DNA from: Takakia lepidozioides
Taxonomy: Eukaryota > Plantae > Bryophyta
Length of the DNA: 64,000 nucleotides
Assembly (NCBI GenBank): GCA_030704615.1
Contig: CM060731.1
Location: 60,512,001 to 60,576,000, forward strand
Direction: 5' to 3'
Shown here piece by piece: positions 12,001 to 25,853 of this stretch; positions within the stretch are counted from its first letter, which is position 1, and each line of letters starts with the position of its first letter. The notes under the pieces are model-generated. The model had not been told where the DNA came from and ran no database searches. It worked only from the letters and a program-made list of their open reading frames with translations. The translations under genes and the position numbers were made by a program.

Positions 12001-13526
12001 TCACCATTGAAAGTTAACCCCCAAGCCTCTGTCTGTGCAGATTGCCAGCCAGAGGGAAGTGCCTTTGGTTTCAAGTTCAGTTAGGTCATATAGGTGTACA
12101 ACATTGTAGTATATAGCCTATTGTGAGTGCTACTGGCTCCATGGCAAATTTGCAACCGATTTGTGTGCACAGTTGATGATGATGTATTTTCTAAGAATAG
12201 GTGAGGGCCAATCACGGCACAGGACATAATAGATTTGACAAAAAAACTCCACACAGAATCGTTAAACTCAATCTTCCTTAATACCCAGTGTAATTGTCAG
12301 AGTCCTTTAGGGCTGGAAGTGCCTTGGATTTGAATGTAGTTTGAATGGTGAGATGGATGTGGCCAGGCGACGGACAGGATATTCACCGGGAAAGAGTCCT
12401 CTCCCACCACCACCAGGGGCACACCAAATTCCGCAAGTTCAGAAGCCTGAGGCTGAGGGCCAGGTGAGGTAGCTTCAAATGATATTTTGTTGGGGCATCT
12501 CTGGCACTTGTCAGCTTTGGTCCATTCTCTGACAGGTGAATTGGTTCTTGCCATTGGTGGTGTGCATAACATGGTCTTTCAAGCAATATAAAGAAAATAA
12601 GAAGTGGTTGCTGGCTGGGTTTGGAAAATTTCCATGAAAGACCTTCTAGCGATGATCATCATCTTCCTCTACTTGAGAATAGGTAAGAAAACATGTCAGG
12701 AAGTTCAAGGATTAAAACATTTGTGCACTTTCTTCCTTACTATGAACAAGTTAAGAAATGAGCAAGGTCTGACCAATCGTCACTAAAATTGGGCTACAAT
12801 TCAAGGTATGGTATAACTGAAATGTGGGTTACAATTTATCGAGTATTTGACAGACCTTATAGGAGTTTAGAGATTTCTACTGCTAGTAGATTTATTCAGC
12901 ATAACTACAAGGCATACAGCTATTGACACATGGGTTCAGGTAAGCTTGGCAACCAATATATATTTTTAAATTTTGCCTGCGACAATGTATTCTTATAAAA
13001 ATGATGGGAGATGTGTCTTGAGATTGTAGCAAAATATTATTTTTTAGTGCTATACTTAGGCTGAGTCCCTACAGAGTCATGTCTAGTTTGTTGTTTGTTT
13101 GCGTTTCGCATGTTGAACTAACCAAGACTGCCAGCCTCACCAGCTGTGTGATATTTAGATAAGATTGTGAAACAGTGTCTCAATTTTATGATTGCAATAC
13201 AGAGCTGTTCATCTTGTATGTTTTGGCCATTAATTGTCGTCTGGATGATGCTTGATGTTTTCTGCAGCTGTGCCCTATCTGCTTAACAGAGAAGAAGGAC
13301 ATGGCTTTCAATTGTGGCCATCAGGTACAGAATCTACAGATCACAATGGCTTCTTCTGTGATCTGTGTTTGAGAAATTGAAAGCTGATATGTCTGTTTCT
13401 ATATCATTATTATACTAGAATAACTGTTGGACCTCCTGTCTGCAGACTTGCAGGGAATGTGCAGTGCCCTTGTCAAACTGTCCTATCTGTCGGCAGATAA
13501 TCTGTGCAAAGATTCGACTATATTAA
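9020..13526 (+). CDS. RGLG: RGLG-type E3 ubiquitin ligase (copine/vWA domain plus C-terminal RING), about 11 exons
   Basis: MGASQS start (possible myristoylation Gly2). Exons encode GLESSNLIVGIDFTKSNEWTG, FDEDNLIPCFGFGD, GPTSFSPII...GQYHVLIIIADGQV, YPLSIVLVGVGDGPWD...FDNFQ, AFFALSALMEVPQQYKA and the RING CPICLTEKKDMAFNCGHQ/TCRECAVPLSNCPICRQII...RLY*. Introns are GT-AG. Confidence 0.95.
9189..9303. repeat. Fold-back inverted repeat (arms about 52 bp) in RGLG intron 1; MITE-like or pre-miRNA-like
   Basis: Left arm TAGATTAAACAGCAGGTTCTTGCACCACACCACATCAGGTCATCAAGAACCT matches the reverse complement of the right arm (TAGACTAAACAGCAGGTTCCTTGCACCATATCACATCAGGTCATTAAGAACCT) with only a few mismatches. 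Confidence 0.9.
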
Positions 13527-14312
13527 GTGAACTGCTACTAGTGTGGTTAGGGTGCCATAGTGTCCTTGGGAGTTTCGTGAACAAGAGGATGAGTGATTTC
13601 ATGCCACCCCATTGATAAAATTGGCTGTCACAATTGACTAATAAGAAATGTTAACACAGCAGGGGTTGGAAAAAAACATATTTCTTTCTGTTCAGAGAGG
13701 GGGATAACATGTTTTAAGAGTTTGGATTAATACATATTACACATGGTACTTGAAGTTTGAATCTAGTATTCTGAATTCCCCTTTGACAATGTCTTGGGAA
13801 TCATGAGAGAGAGCTTCTCCTTTTCTCTGCACGTAGCAACAGACAGGTCCAGGCTCTGCTCTTGCCCTTCCAAGCAATTCCCTGTTGCCTTTCATCGTGC
13901 TGAATCTGTAAGAAACTGCCTTCGAGTATGTTAGATAGCTCGAGAAAGCAGGTGGGTTTGACTAAGACTAAAGACAATATTTCTCGGTTCAATGTACAAG
14001 TAGGAAGAGCCTACCCAATAATACAGTTCATTATATTTCAACTAGACAAGATTTCCTGTGCAGCAGGCAGATGATCTGACACTAGATACATTATTTGACT
14101 GTGCCTCTGCTGAAAGCGTACTACTTGCATGTTGCAACGTTGCAGCTGATCTCGTCCCGCTCACTGGTTTCTATCTTACCCAGTTCTTGGAAGTGGTCAA
14201 GTAGAGCAGGGTGATGGATGGCCAAAACAGTATTTATCAGATTCTGAAAGGCTGGTCTTGTTCAACCACTTGACCTTCCGGGGCTTCTGGTCATCAATCC
14301 ACAGGGAGACTG

Positions 14313-17300
14313 TCAAACATCTCCACCCTTGACAACTAGGGTGTAGGTGCGTGGTGGACCTCCGAACTTGCGGAGCAAAGCAAATGCAAGCATTGCAATC
14401 GCCATCATCACTGACATCAGCACAAAATTGCCAGACCAGCCCTCATTGTTCTTGCGCCTTAGCTGCTTCATAACAAGAAATCCAATGTTCAGTAATAAGC
14501 AGCAGCTCCCACAAATTGCATACCCATCATCTATGTAGATAGCCTGGTGCGACAAAAGCTTTATATCGACTTTCCTTTCCTTCTTCACAGACTAGTACAG
14601 CAGGGCTCTCTAGCCACTGGGATGACCATACAATGCAGGAACCTCAAGAGTCTATGTGCAATTAACCAACTATGGCCTGCCATAGTCTTTGTGAGTTTAC
14701 CTCCACGAGTTTTGCCAGAGTGGCTGCCAGTTCAGCATCTGTATAATTGTAGCCCACATAGGAGCCCTCTTTTGACGCGATCTTGACCAGCACTTTGCAG
14801 TCAGAACTCTTTAGATTTTTAATTGGCTGCGAGGTGAGACACTGGCCATAAACTCCTATCACCACATTGTTGATCTCTTTCACATCCCTTGTATTGCAGT
14901 GTCTTGTCACCTCCGAATTGCAAGGGGCAGTAAGATTGGCACCCATGCTGTATTGCCAGAGCGCCATTCGTACAGCATATGCTACCTTCACATCACTCCC
15001 ATCCAAGGCCCGTTCTCCATTCAAACCACATGTTCTTCATAATTTATTGGTGAACTGCGATAAGCTGCTTTTTCTGTCCAGTAACTACTCATAAATAACA
15101 CACCAACAGCGTCGACAAGCTGTACCGCTCATAAAAAGAGAATGACCTTCAAAACACAATCCTTTGGCAGCTATTTTCTGATTTTAAAAGCTCTAAGTTA
15201 CACAACATGTTGGCAAAGGTAATAGTACCTCAGTTTGGCAGCCCCCAGAGAGCATCTTATACTTGTTCACAAAGCACTTGAGCATAGAGGCATGCCCTTC
15301 CTCAGATGTATTGACATCTTTACAGAGTGAGGCCTCATCATTTTGGCACTCCTTACGAACTCGCACATCCAATCGATAATCTGAAGCATGCCGCAGCTCC
15401 TGCAAATTCACCTCCCCTTTGCATGGGGCACCCATCTCCACTGCTTGCAAATGAAGTTGCAAGCATTTAAAAGCTTCGCCCTTGTCTGGTGCCACTGATT
15501 TGCAGAAGTAGTTCAGCTCTGTCACACAAGAAGTAGAGGTTGAATATATGTGCAAAGAACTGATTGATCACTGTATTTGCCAAGGCCATGGGTGACCGCC
15601 AAACATACTCCACACTACGCTTCATAGTTCAGTAAATTCAGAACTCCAGCCCAGTCGTATCAAGAATTAGAAAGAAGGGAAGTTACCTTGTCCACAGGCA
15701 TTCATCAAAGATGGAGTGAGCCTGATATCTGATGCCTGCAAGCTCAAACAATTATTTAGTAACAAATGCCAACTGTAGTCAATGACAAGTAATGCGGGCA
15801 TAAGGAATATCAGAGTGAAAGAGCCCCAGTCCAGTTATCGTGGTAACATATATTCTTTATCCTTCTCAAGAAATGAATATGTTGGGGTACTCCCTGCTGA
15901 AGGGAGTGTTCCACTGAGAAATGAAACGGTGTCGTTTAAGGTCCGCAGGAAGCTCAAAGAGCTTATGGGACAATAGGAAGAAAGAAACAAGAAAGAGAGA
16001 GGGGCCACAAACAGTCTAAAAGCAACTAAAGCTCAAGGGATTTTCTAAACCATGCTTCATGCAGGTAAGCTGCCAAGCATTTATGATCCTCATAATGTGA
16101 GAGATTGAGACAGTTGAAATCTCCCACGGATCTCATAGTTTGAAGGGCATTGAAAGTAGAAATGTTCTTCACTTTCAACTTCCTTGTAGTTTCCAGCGAA
16201 AGGTCTTCACATTGCAGAACTTCCCATCTACCAGTCTCTATCTAGACTGAGGGAGCCCACCCTGAACCTCCCCAATGCACTTAGAAGAGAGGGAGATAGA
16301 GCGGCAGACTGGTAGTTAGGCTGCAAGATCCTATCGTCACCGAAAACCAAGAATGTCTCCCGATGGAATTGCAGTTTTGTTGTTAGAGTGGCTGGTTTAA
16401 ACGTCCGCCTGACGTGCAGTTCCATGAGATCTCTTCTGATGCATCTATTGCGGTCCTGTTTGGACACAATATCCACTCCCTCCGTGGTTTATGGCAATAG
16501 GGAAGCAACGGAGATGGACTTTATAGCGACCCTGGGAAGCTCAAAGAAAGAAAGCACACCTCCATTATAGAGAAGCGAAGCTCTTCAAACTGGCAGTTTG
16601 TAGACAGCTGGTTATGATGGGACCGCAGACACGCGAGAGTGTGGCTGTGGTCCTTGCTGACATCTGGACACAGCTTCATGAGATCATCTTGACAGGCATT
16701 CTGGAGAGGTACATCGAGCTGCACATTTGTAACTTCCTTCTTCTCAAAAGAAAAAACCGCACTTCTACACGCCTTTGACTGTAGTTTGTCGATGTGATCT
16801 GTCAAGCACTTCAGCATTTTCCCTCCACAAAAGGAGGAGTCCATGTTGGTCGGGCAGCTATTTCTACAGAGTCTGTCGATGTCTTCATCGCATTCTTCTT
16901 TAATACGGTGGTTGAGTCGATAATCTGGACACATTTCCACACAATGTGTTAGATCATAGCTCAAGAGAGATTGGGTGAACGATAGGAGGGTCAACTATTC
17001 TTGAAGGAAATTCAGGAACCTTTCACACTTCTAGATGCTTAATTTTCGTGGTGTAAATTTTCATATCAGAAAGAATGTTATCTGATCTCTTGTCTCATGA
17101 AGAGGAACGAGTACACAGGCCCAAGCCATCGTAATTGAGGGTATCCATTCATGCGGGCGACTCCTGTGTAACAAAGTTGGCAGTTTTCAAGAGTTGCTTA
17201 AAGAATTTTTTGTGCCTTGTTCTTCCCCAGGCTTGCAGGTGCTCACTCTGGCCAATAATTGGAGTAATTCTAGTACTGCCAGGTTATGGCTGAGTATACA

Positions 17301-20300
17301 TCAGAAGGAATATAGGAGAAGATATTAGAAAACCTCACAATTGAAGTGATAAGTTAGAGTTCAACCTTGGGCAGAGAGCACCTCGTCGTGCTCAACTTCC
17401 TTCTTGCACTCCTCACTCATCTGAGAGTTGTCCCGGTTCATCAGCTCCTGCAAGCACTCAATAGTGGAAGCATGGCCTGTCCCAAGCCTCCCTCGTAAGC
17501 TTCCTATGCCACAGTGCATCATAACCTGCAGATGTATGCAACCTATAATCATGCAGGCATGTCAAGTGAACACGTACTACATCTAGGAGTCCAGATATAA
17601 ATGTTCTGATAATTGTTGCCTCTACAACTCAGTTAGACGACTCCACTAAATTACAAGCATCCATCCATATATGCAATGTGGGCAGTAAACAATCTCTTGG
17701 GAGCTTTACAACGTACTAAGGTAGAAGAAAAGCGTGGTACCTCTTTGCATGCCACTGCAAAATTGTTGGATCTCTGGATAGCAGGCTTGTTTCATAGGAA
17801 TCTTGAAATCAATGTCTTCTGCAATTTGCACTTCCTGGAAAACTCCACTCTAGGCTTTAAGCTTTAATTAGTTGAAAATTTGTCTTAGGCAACAGTAGAC
17901 TAGTTCATAAAAAATTGGATGTCCCTGTCTAGAAGATACTCCTAAAGTTTGCACTGCACAGTGCACCCTAATGCAACCATGTCCCTGTCTGCTGCTGATA
18001 TTTCTATGAGAGAATTAGTATGCAAATTTAGTATTTACTGATATGAGATGTTTCCAGAACTGATTGGAAAGGTGGCAAAGCTCAGTACCGTGAAAAACAA
18101 AGCAGAACGGCAGGTTTCATCCAATTTCGCTCGATTGTCTTGTAAGCATTGAAGCACCTGGCCCATTTCCTCTGACACATCCTTGCAAATGGTCTCGTGT
18201 GCGGCTGTCAACATGAGGGTTACCAACTGCGAGTTTAGTGACAGACCCTTTCCAGAGCTTAACTTTCATCATCAGCAGAATCATGCCCTTTCTCCTAAAG
18301 CTACTCTTGCCAAAGAATGACCCATATAGAGCTTCCAAGAATATATCTTTCATTCTTTCTGTGGCCGGTCTCTCTACAATTATGGGTGCAGAGAGATTGT
18401 GCGAATCATACTTTGACATGATTCAAAGAAAGAGTAGTCAAATTGGATATCCGCAGCAGCATGTGCAGTGATACGGTGCACCTCTTTCTTGCACTGGGCA
18501 CTTGTGATCTTTTCTTTGTTGGCTTGCAAGCATCCGATCACAACTGAGCCCTGTTTGAGGGGGGGCCCTTCTTCATTCAGAGCTGCCTCACATATCTGCA
18601 ATTGCAGTGGAAATGAATGTCCAATTAAATAAAAGTACACACACAAACACTTCTCTTGTTGCATAGGCTATGTGGACTTTCTTGGTTCTTACAAAGTCTC
18701 TCTCTCTTTTTCTCCCTCTTTGTCTGGAACTGGTAAGCTGCAACTTACCATGTCCATCAGATTGTTACACCTTGTTTTGATTTTTAATTCTCATTGTACG
18801 TTGCTTTTGGTCCCCATAGGCTCTTCGGGCTTCCAGTGGATGTATTATAATTTCAGGTTTCCTGCAGAGATTTTAGAGCTTGGCACAATCACATACGTAC
18901 AAAGGCCTTGGGACTCTCAACTTTGCTTGAAGAGGAATAAAAAGTGGAACGAATCAAAGACAGAGGATGAGACTGACAAGGCCACCAGGAACATTTACCT
19001 TGAAAGCATCATCATTGCAGTATTTTGAGAAGCTTGGGTCCAAACCAATGTCTCTTCCCTCAATCATCTTCTTGAACTCATATTTGCTGAAAAGGACGGA
19101 ATACCACATTACTCTATATGAATACTGCGAAAGTCACATCCATCCCCATTCAAAATATGTCAAACAGGTGTGCTAGAATCATGTGTATATTTTCACTTTG
19201 CTCCCCTATCTTAAGTCATGCACTGCAAAGCAGAATCCAGTAACAAGTCTCAGTGTCAACAAACTTGAATTATCAAAGTTCACTACTACCAATTCATTAA
19301 AACATATCCTTGATATCCATGAAAAATGCAACAATCCAATTGCCAGGGTCTCACAACAAGCACTTCAGCCCATATCCTACTTCTGGGCAGGAAACAAGAG
19401 GTAAATTTGTATGATTTCAGCAAATCCGCATTCCACAGGATTTTCCCCGAAAAGTTCAAGCAGAAGATCGGCCATCTGCCCTTGCACTTTTTAGGGTCCC
19501 ATGCAACTACCTAGACTCACTGTTTGAGGCAGACCCTACAAGCTTTGAGCACTTAAGGGAACATAGATGGTTCGGAACCAGTGATGGTGATGTTATGAGA
19601 AGGCAAAGGTGTACCAGGCATGCGAAAAATCTGGATCAAGGTGGTGACTTTCTAGGCACTCTTGCAAAAGTTCATCCCCAGGTTGCACATCCTTACAGAA
19701 CTTCTGCTTGTCATTGAGACAGGCTGACCACATGACAAAAAAAATTGGTTAGGAGAGATCAACTACTGTTTTCATAGTAAAACTCAAAATCTTTAAGTCG
19801 ATGGATATAAGCTACTGATATGACCAGTATAGAAAATATATCATAATTGTCCCTTGTTTTATACTTGGGACCTCTTTCTACTTCCAACCAGTTTCATATT
19901 CTTAAAACCTCTGATTCGGATTGGGCTGGCCAAGGAGTTCTCCAAAAGACAGCATTCTATCATCCCAAGAAATGTTGGTTAGATCAGAGTACATCTGTAC
20001 AGACATTGAACTGGTGATGAGCTGCCCTGAACTGAATTCATGAATCAGGGAGATACCTTGCTGGTTGGATAGCAATCCACAGAAGGAATGCAAGAACTGA
20101 AATAAGAATCAGGGGTTTTGTGTGGAATGTCAGATTGACTGCCTCATGCAACGAAAAGACAAGTACCTCTGTAAAGTGGAATACTCAAGTGCATATCATT
20201 GGCACCCTCTCTTTCCTGCCGAAAGAGCTCTGCAGAGCACGTGTATGATACTTTGTTTATGTTCTCCCTCTGACCAACAACAAAATATCCAAAGGTTACA

Positions 20301-23300
20301 AACTAAGTGATGTGGATACTGCATACACTGCTTCATCTTATTAACGAGTGTCCTGGACAACACAATCAAGAAAATGTAAAAGGGCAGGGCAGCGTCTAAG
20401 TAGAGAGTCAAACCAGGCAAGCCTGGATAAGGCCTTCCTCAGCAGGAACATCCTTGCACAGCTTTGCAGCATCGTCGCTACACTTGGCATCTGAACTGGG
20501 ATCCACTTTGTAGTCTGTTGCTGTGTCCTGAGTTTCAAACACTGCATCTTGGCAAGCTTGAGACAATGCACTTTTGTCTGCTCTGCAAAACCCACCAAGA
20601 AACTCCCTTCAAAAGGCCTGGCTTACTCCCTACTCACTGCCATGCACCTTTGGTGGCCTATCTCCTCTTACAATGTTCCCATAAATTAATCTCAAACATT
20701 AGTAATTTTCAGATCGAGCCAGAAGAGGTGTATACAACATTTGCATGTGCTCTTTTTCTTGTACATACCTCAAGCACTTCAGCACACTACCAGGGGACAT
20801 ATGCTGCCATTTATTGCATGTATCCTGGATGTCAGTCTTGCATGCCAATGCTGCACACAAATGACCCAATTACCACAATGTATTCAGGAATGCAGCTTCC
20901 CCACCTGCCACTATTTCTCAACCTCCAACCAATAACGTGCCTTCATAATAAGATGGTTTACCATTACTTGCCCACTGCATAGAAGCATTTTTGCAGCCTA
21001 ACATAAAGAAAGCCCGAGAACTTAAAAACAGTACCGATCTCTTCGTCAATGCCCATATCCTTATACAAAGCAATCTTGAAGGATTGCAGCTCCATCTTGC
21101 ACGGCTCAGAGATCTTTAGACCTGCACAATTGGGTACATACAATGAGCTTCAAATCTCCTCCTGTGTCTAAGAAAACATGGGATATCCACATACTAGAAA
21201 AAGAATGGAAGGGATGGAAGGAAGTGGAAGGCTCACCACCATTTGCTGAAATCCTGGCTTTCTCCATCTTCAGCTGAGTTGAGATGCACTCAAATTGATA
21301 ATCTTCTTTTGCACAGAGTTTTTTAATCTCCTTACTGCAATTACCTGCGTGCCATGCAAATACCCAGTGAGAACCATAAACCTCGACCTCGCCACTTTAG
21401 GGTGAGATAAGCGGAAGCAAATTCCTGCGCTGTGATACCATTTCAAACTATTAAGTGTTGAATGTTAGAATTGACTTCCAAGACCCCTCAATGAAAACAT
21501 TCAAGAGTCTAAACTATGAAGGCCCTGCTTTAGTCCAACAATGTCATGACTGTTCACATGTCTTGAAGTGAGCACACGCTCACTATTGTAACATCTTTTT
21601 CATTATCAATTATAAGTCACTCTCTCTTCCCATAAATTTAACATTAAGTTCCTCAAATTGGTCCCTTATGTATGTAAGAATTTGTCTCTCATTGAGACCT
21701 ACCACGTGTTTGCTTCTGACAGTGCAACCACACCACAAATCTGTGAAAGGCAACACTGATAGACAGTTCATGAAGATTCTACCTTGCACCTCTCTTTGAT
21801 AGAAGGCGCTCGATTTTACACAATCTGGTTTGTGTGGTTCTACAGTACCTCATGGGCCTCCAACGGACCTAATAAAGTTCTTTGTTTCGTTGACAGCCGG
21901 GGTCCTCACAAGGCTCAAAACAGCTGGTTGCTAGCACTCTTGGTATCCTCGGGTGTCCAACTTTTTAGAGCGCAATGGACTCTCCATTGTAGTACCATTT
22001 CATTTCATTTCATTTCTTCCTCTCTCTTACGTTATAAAGTACCATTTCATTCATTTCATTTCTTACACACACCGATATAACACAGAAACAAAACGATTGC
22101 TTGAGAGTAACTACTCACCTTTCACATTCAGGTCACTCGGAGGAGCGCTGGCCATGCTCTCCAGTGCTTCATCGTTTACTGTGGAATCAGGAGTGAATTC
22201 GACCGAATTCTTCCATGGAACATATGTACCAGAACTTACTTGATTTGGAGCAGAAGCTACAGAACTCGTCTTTTCAGGAGCTTTGAGGAGATCGCCTGAA
22301 TTTGTCTTCTCGGACCGCTTACCAAGATCTATTGGGCTTGAAGCAGAGTCGACAGGGCTTGTCTCCTCGGTATCTTCTGGGCTGGAAGCCAATTTATCTT
22401 CTGGATTTGTTCCTTCGGAAATCTTATCTACTGGGCTTGAAGCAGAATCTACAGGGCTCGTCTCTTCAGTAAATTCATCAGGATCTACCGGGCGGGAAGC
22501 CTCTGCGGCTTCGGAAATATTGGCAGGATCTACTGGGCCGGAAGAATGTGCAGCCTGGTTTGTCTCTTCCGGAAAGTTACCAGACTCTACTGGGCTGGAT
22601 TCGTTGATTCCTTCAGAATTTTTATCAAGCCTCGAGGCAGATTTTACAAGATTTGACTCTTCCTCTGCAAACAAATCTAATGTGCTCGAAGCAAACTCTG
22701 CCTCTTCTTGAATTTTATCAGAGTCTTTTGGATTTGAATCAGAAAAGGCAGGGTCTGCCCTTTGAGGACGTTTGCCGAAATCTTCTTGATTGGAAGCAGA
22801 ACCTACTGTACTTGTCTCTTCTTCAGAATTGACAGAGATCGAAGCAACAATTTCAGGCTGTGTCTCCTCAGGAATTTTACCAGGATCTACTGGGCTGGAT
22901 GAAAACTGGACACGACCTGTCTCTTCAGGATCTTCACCAAGATCTGAAGAAAAATCTTTTGGAGATGGCCTACGAGGAATTCTATCAGGATCTCCACTTG
23001 GGTTTGAATCAGAAGCTACAAGCCCGTCAGGAATTGTCGGGTTGGAAGAAAAATCACCAGAACGTTCGGGAAGTGTAGTGGGCTTTCCCACGATCTCCTT
23101 GGGCTTTGAAACTGCTTTCGGCCTTCCATGTTTCCTTCGGGACCTTCTGTGCTTTACAGTATTCTTTGACTTAGATTCTACCAGGCTGTTAGACTGTTTG
23201 AGGTCTATGGGGCTTCGACCTGCATCTACATGAGATTCTCGGGCAAGATCTGGGAAGTACTTAGCTGAAACCCTGGCCTCGATCGTTTCCCCTCCAGGGA

Positions 23301-23475
23301 TTGGACCTGGGTTGTTTCCATCAGGACTAGTATCCAAGTGACCATCTTTTTGCAAATCAGCGCTTTCATCGGCGTAAACGCAAGTAACAGCCAAGGTGCT
23401 AAGTGCCACCAACAGTAACACTACCAGTGGCACACTCACAAATCTGTAACTGTGAACTGCTCCTTGCTTGCCCAT
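14313..23475 (-). CDS. GLG1: Golgi apparatus protein 1-like (GLG1/MG-160) type I membrane protein with cysteine-rich repeats; multi-exon, with a 1357 bp first exon (22119-23475)
   Basis: Signal peptide (VPLVVLLLVALSTLAVTCVYA), then many Cys_rich_FGFR-like repeats (DYRLNHRIKEECDEDIDRLC, DVPLQNACQDDLMKLCPDV...TLACLR, ASDYRLDVRVRKECQNDEASLC), then C-terminal hydrophobic segment(s) and a short tail ending YTLVVKGGDV*. Internal exon boundaries are only partly resolved. Confidence 0.85.
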
Positions 23476-25853
23476 TCAGGCGACAATGTAGAAGCAACTT
23501 GATCAATACTCGTTTTAGGCAATTGCAGAGACACACGCATTGGAGTGTTCAAGCAGCGGCAACCTGCTAGGATATATTTGCGAGATGGCACATAAATTCG
23601 ACTGGCGGATGCCGATCAAAAATTTCCAATGTCTGTGTATCTATCACCCCTTCTTGAATTTGTTCTGATCTGCAGGTACCGCTGGTGACTTTCTATTTAT
23701 CCTCCTGAATCTGCAATCATTCCAACCTTGTCTAAGCAAAGCTCTGCCCCGGTATATAACTTCTCTCCAGAATGCAGATGGCTTTTACTGTGCTTCCAAA
23801 TGTGTGTGTTTACAATTACAATTGCAGATGTCACACATCTCTAGGACTGCGGCTAACTGGGTACGAATAAGCCACTGAGCTCGTTTCAGCTTTATGACTT
23901 TACAAGTGTGCACTGGGCATAAAATCTTGAGGAAGTGGACATCACACAACAACAAGCAGGCAACTACCGAACTGGGTCGAAGTTACATCAGACCATCACC
24001 CGCACAATTAACGGCTCCACTTTGTTAGATGTCAATGTACTGACTCTTCAATCTGCAGGCTTCCAAATGGAAACAATCGGGTGGATACAAACCGGTTAAA
24101 GACCTTCGATCACGGAGAAACTCGGAGCCTCACTGCTTATCAAATAGAGCGTTGCGTTATGTAGTGTGTGAAGCCCTGTGAGCCACCAAATGAGTAGCTT
24201 AAAACTTAGTGATGCCACACAAAAGTCATGTGTGTGAAATGCGGAATAGACGGTACATTACACGAGTGATTCGGTGCTAGTGGAAGTTCACAGTGTCCGC
24301 TATCATTGAACCTTCAGGACGGACATGGAAGGCATCACAGCTCACCAAATTATTGCTTGCAACTCAGTCAAAATGCAATGTTCCCTACTGAAGAATGCAC
24401 AGCAACTGATTGAGCAGCTGATTGAGGGAATAGAATGAGGTCACAAGCAACAAGACGCTCGCACAGACCTGCATGGAAGGCCACTGTGTATGTATGCTGT
24501 ACGGAGTAGGCTTGCTTCAGCTCCGGCTGAATCTGATCCTCCCATTGCATATCCCGTCGAAGGTCAGAAAATCTAGACACTCAGATCAACTTATTGCACT
24601 GTACAAAGTTACAGTGAATGCCCAAAGCTAGAGCTCAAACGTCCATTTGATTGTGGAAACATGCACCTACTACATTCTTTCTCAACATCAAAAGCTTCGA
24701 AACAAAGATCAGGAGCAGTAAGTAGAGCAAGAAGAAGCTGGCAAGAAGCAGACAGCAGTGCCACAACAGTGTGCTTTCTATTTATGCAGTCATCAAGACC
24801 ACCCACTCATTGAGCCATTAACTAACTTCAAAACATTTGTGCTGATGAATGGTCCCATCTTCATCATCATCATTACCATTATCATTGGTGGGAGTATCCA
24901 TTCATCTAAGTGCAGTCTCTCCCACTTGGGTGCTGTCGCCCGGCAACGTGCCATGAACTGAGGAACAACATGCAAAGTACTTACACTTGTCTTTGGACAG
25001 ATAAGTTCTAACTTAGTGAGACTCAAGGTTGGAGACTAGTGGAGACTAGTCTTCTCCCCCTTCCCTTGGTGGTGCACATCATTGCATGGATACTTTGAAA
25101 GAGTTTGATTTCTCCTCTCACTATAATTAGGGGGCCTGATTTGAGAGCTGTCACTCCCAGGTGTTTTCCTTTAAAAAGAAGTAGCCAAGACGTGGGGTGG
25201 CATCACGTTGTTGTGTAGTAGAGAGCCATGATCCATGTCACTTGCAGGTGTTGTATTGTATTCTGCAACACACTTGATACATTCTGTTTTGCCCATAGAA
25301 CTGCCCTCAGGACTTCATAAGTTGTCACATTGTTCAAGTTGGGTCTACAATCACAACACTCCTAAACACCTGCTGGGTGGCAGATGACTGGAGATGGGTG
25401 TAGGAAAACTGGGTCATGTTCGGCAAGGCCCCACAGCAACAAACAGAACGAGTGGGAGCCATGAGGATCTTGCTGAATGACTGTTACTCTGGCTTGTGTC
25501 AAGACAAGGACAGAATGATAAGGCAACCCATTTTTATTCAAGGAAAAATATGAGGTAACACTTGTATAAGGGACCCTCCCTTGCTCAGTTGCAAACTTGG
25601 GGTCGATGATGGTGCAGTTGCAATGCTACAAAAAACTATGATACCTCTCTGTATTGTTCCATTTCCCTAGACGCATCTGAGTCTAGGTGAGAAAACTGAC
25701 ACTGACATCTTTCCAAGAAAATTTGCAGCTTCATGCTGCGGGATCCAGAGCAATGATTGTGCCGCACCAGCCAAACAACTTAATTTACAGGATTGTTGGG
25801 AATGAAGAGAAGAGCAGATTACAAAGGGAGCAGGTTAGCACATCATATCTTGA

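Noticed and set aside
22283-23233. Long + strand ORFs (142 and 147 aa)
   Set aside because: Antisense shadows of the low-complexity GLG1 exon 1.
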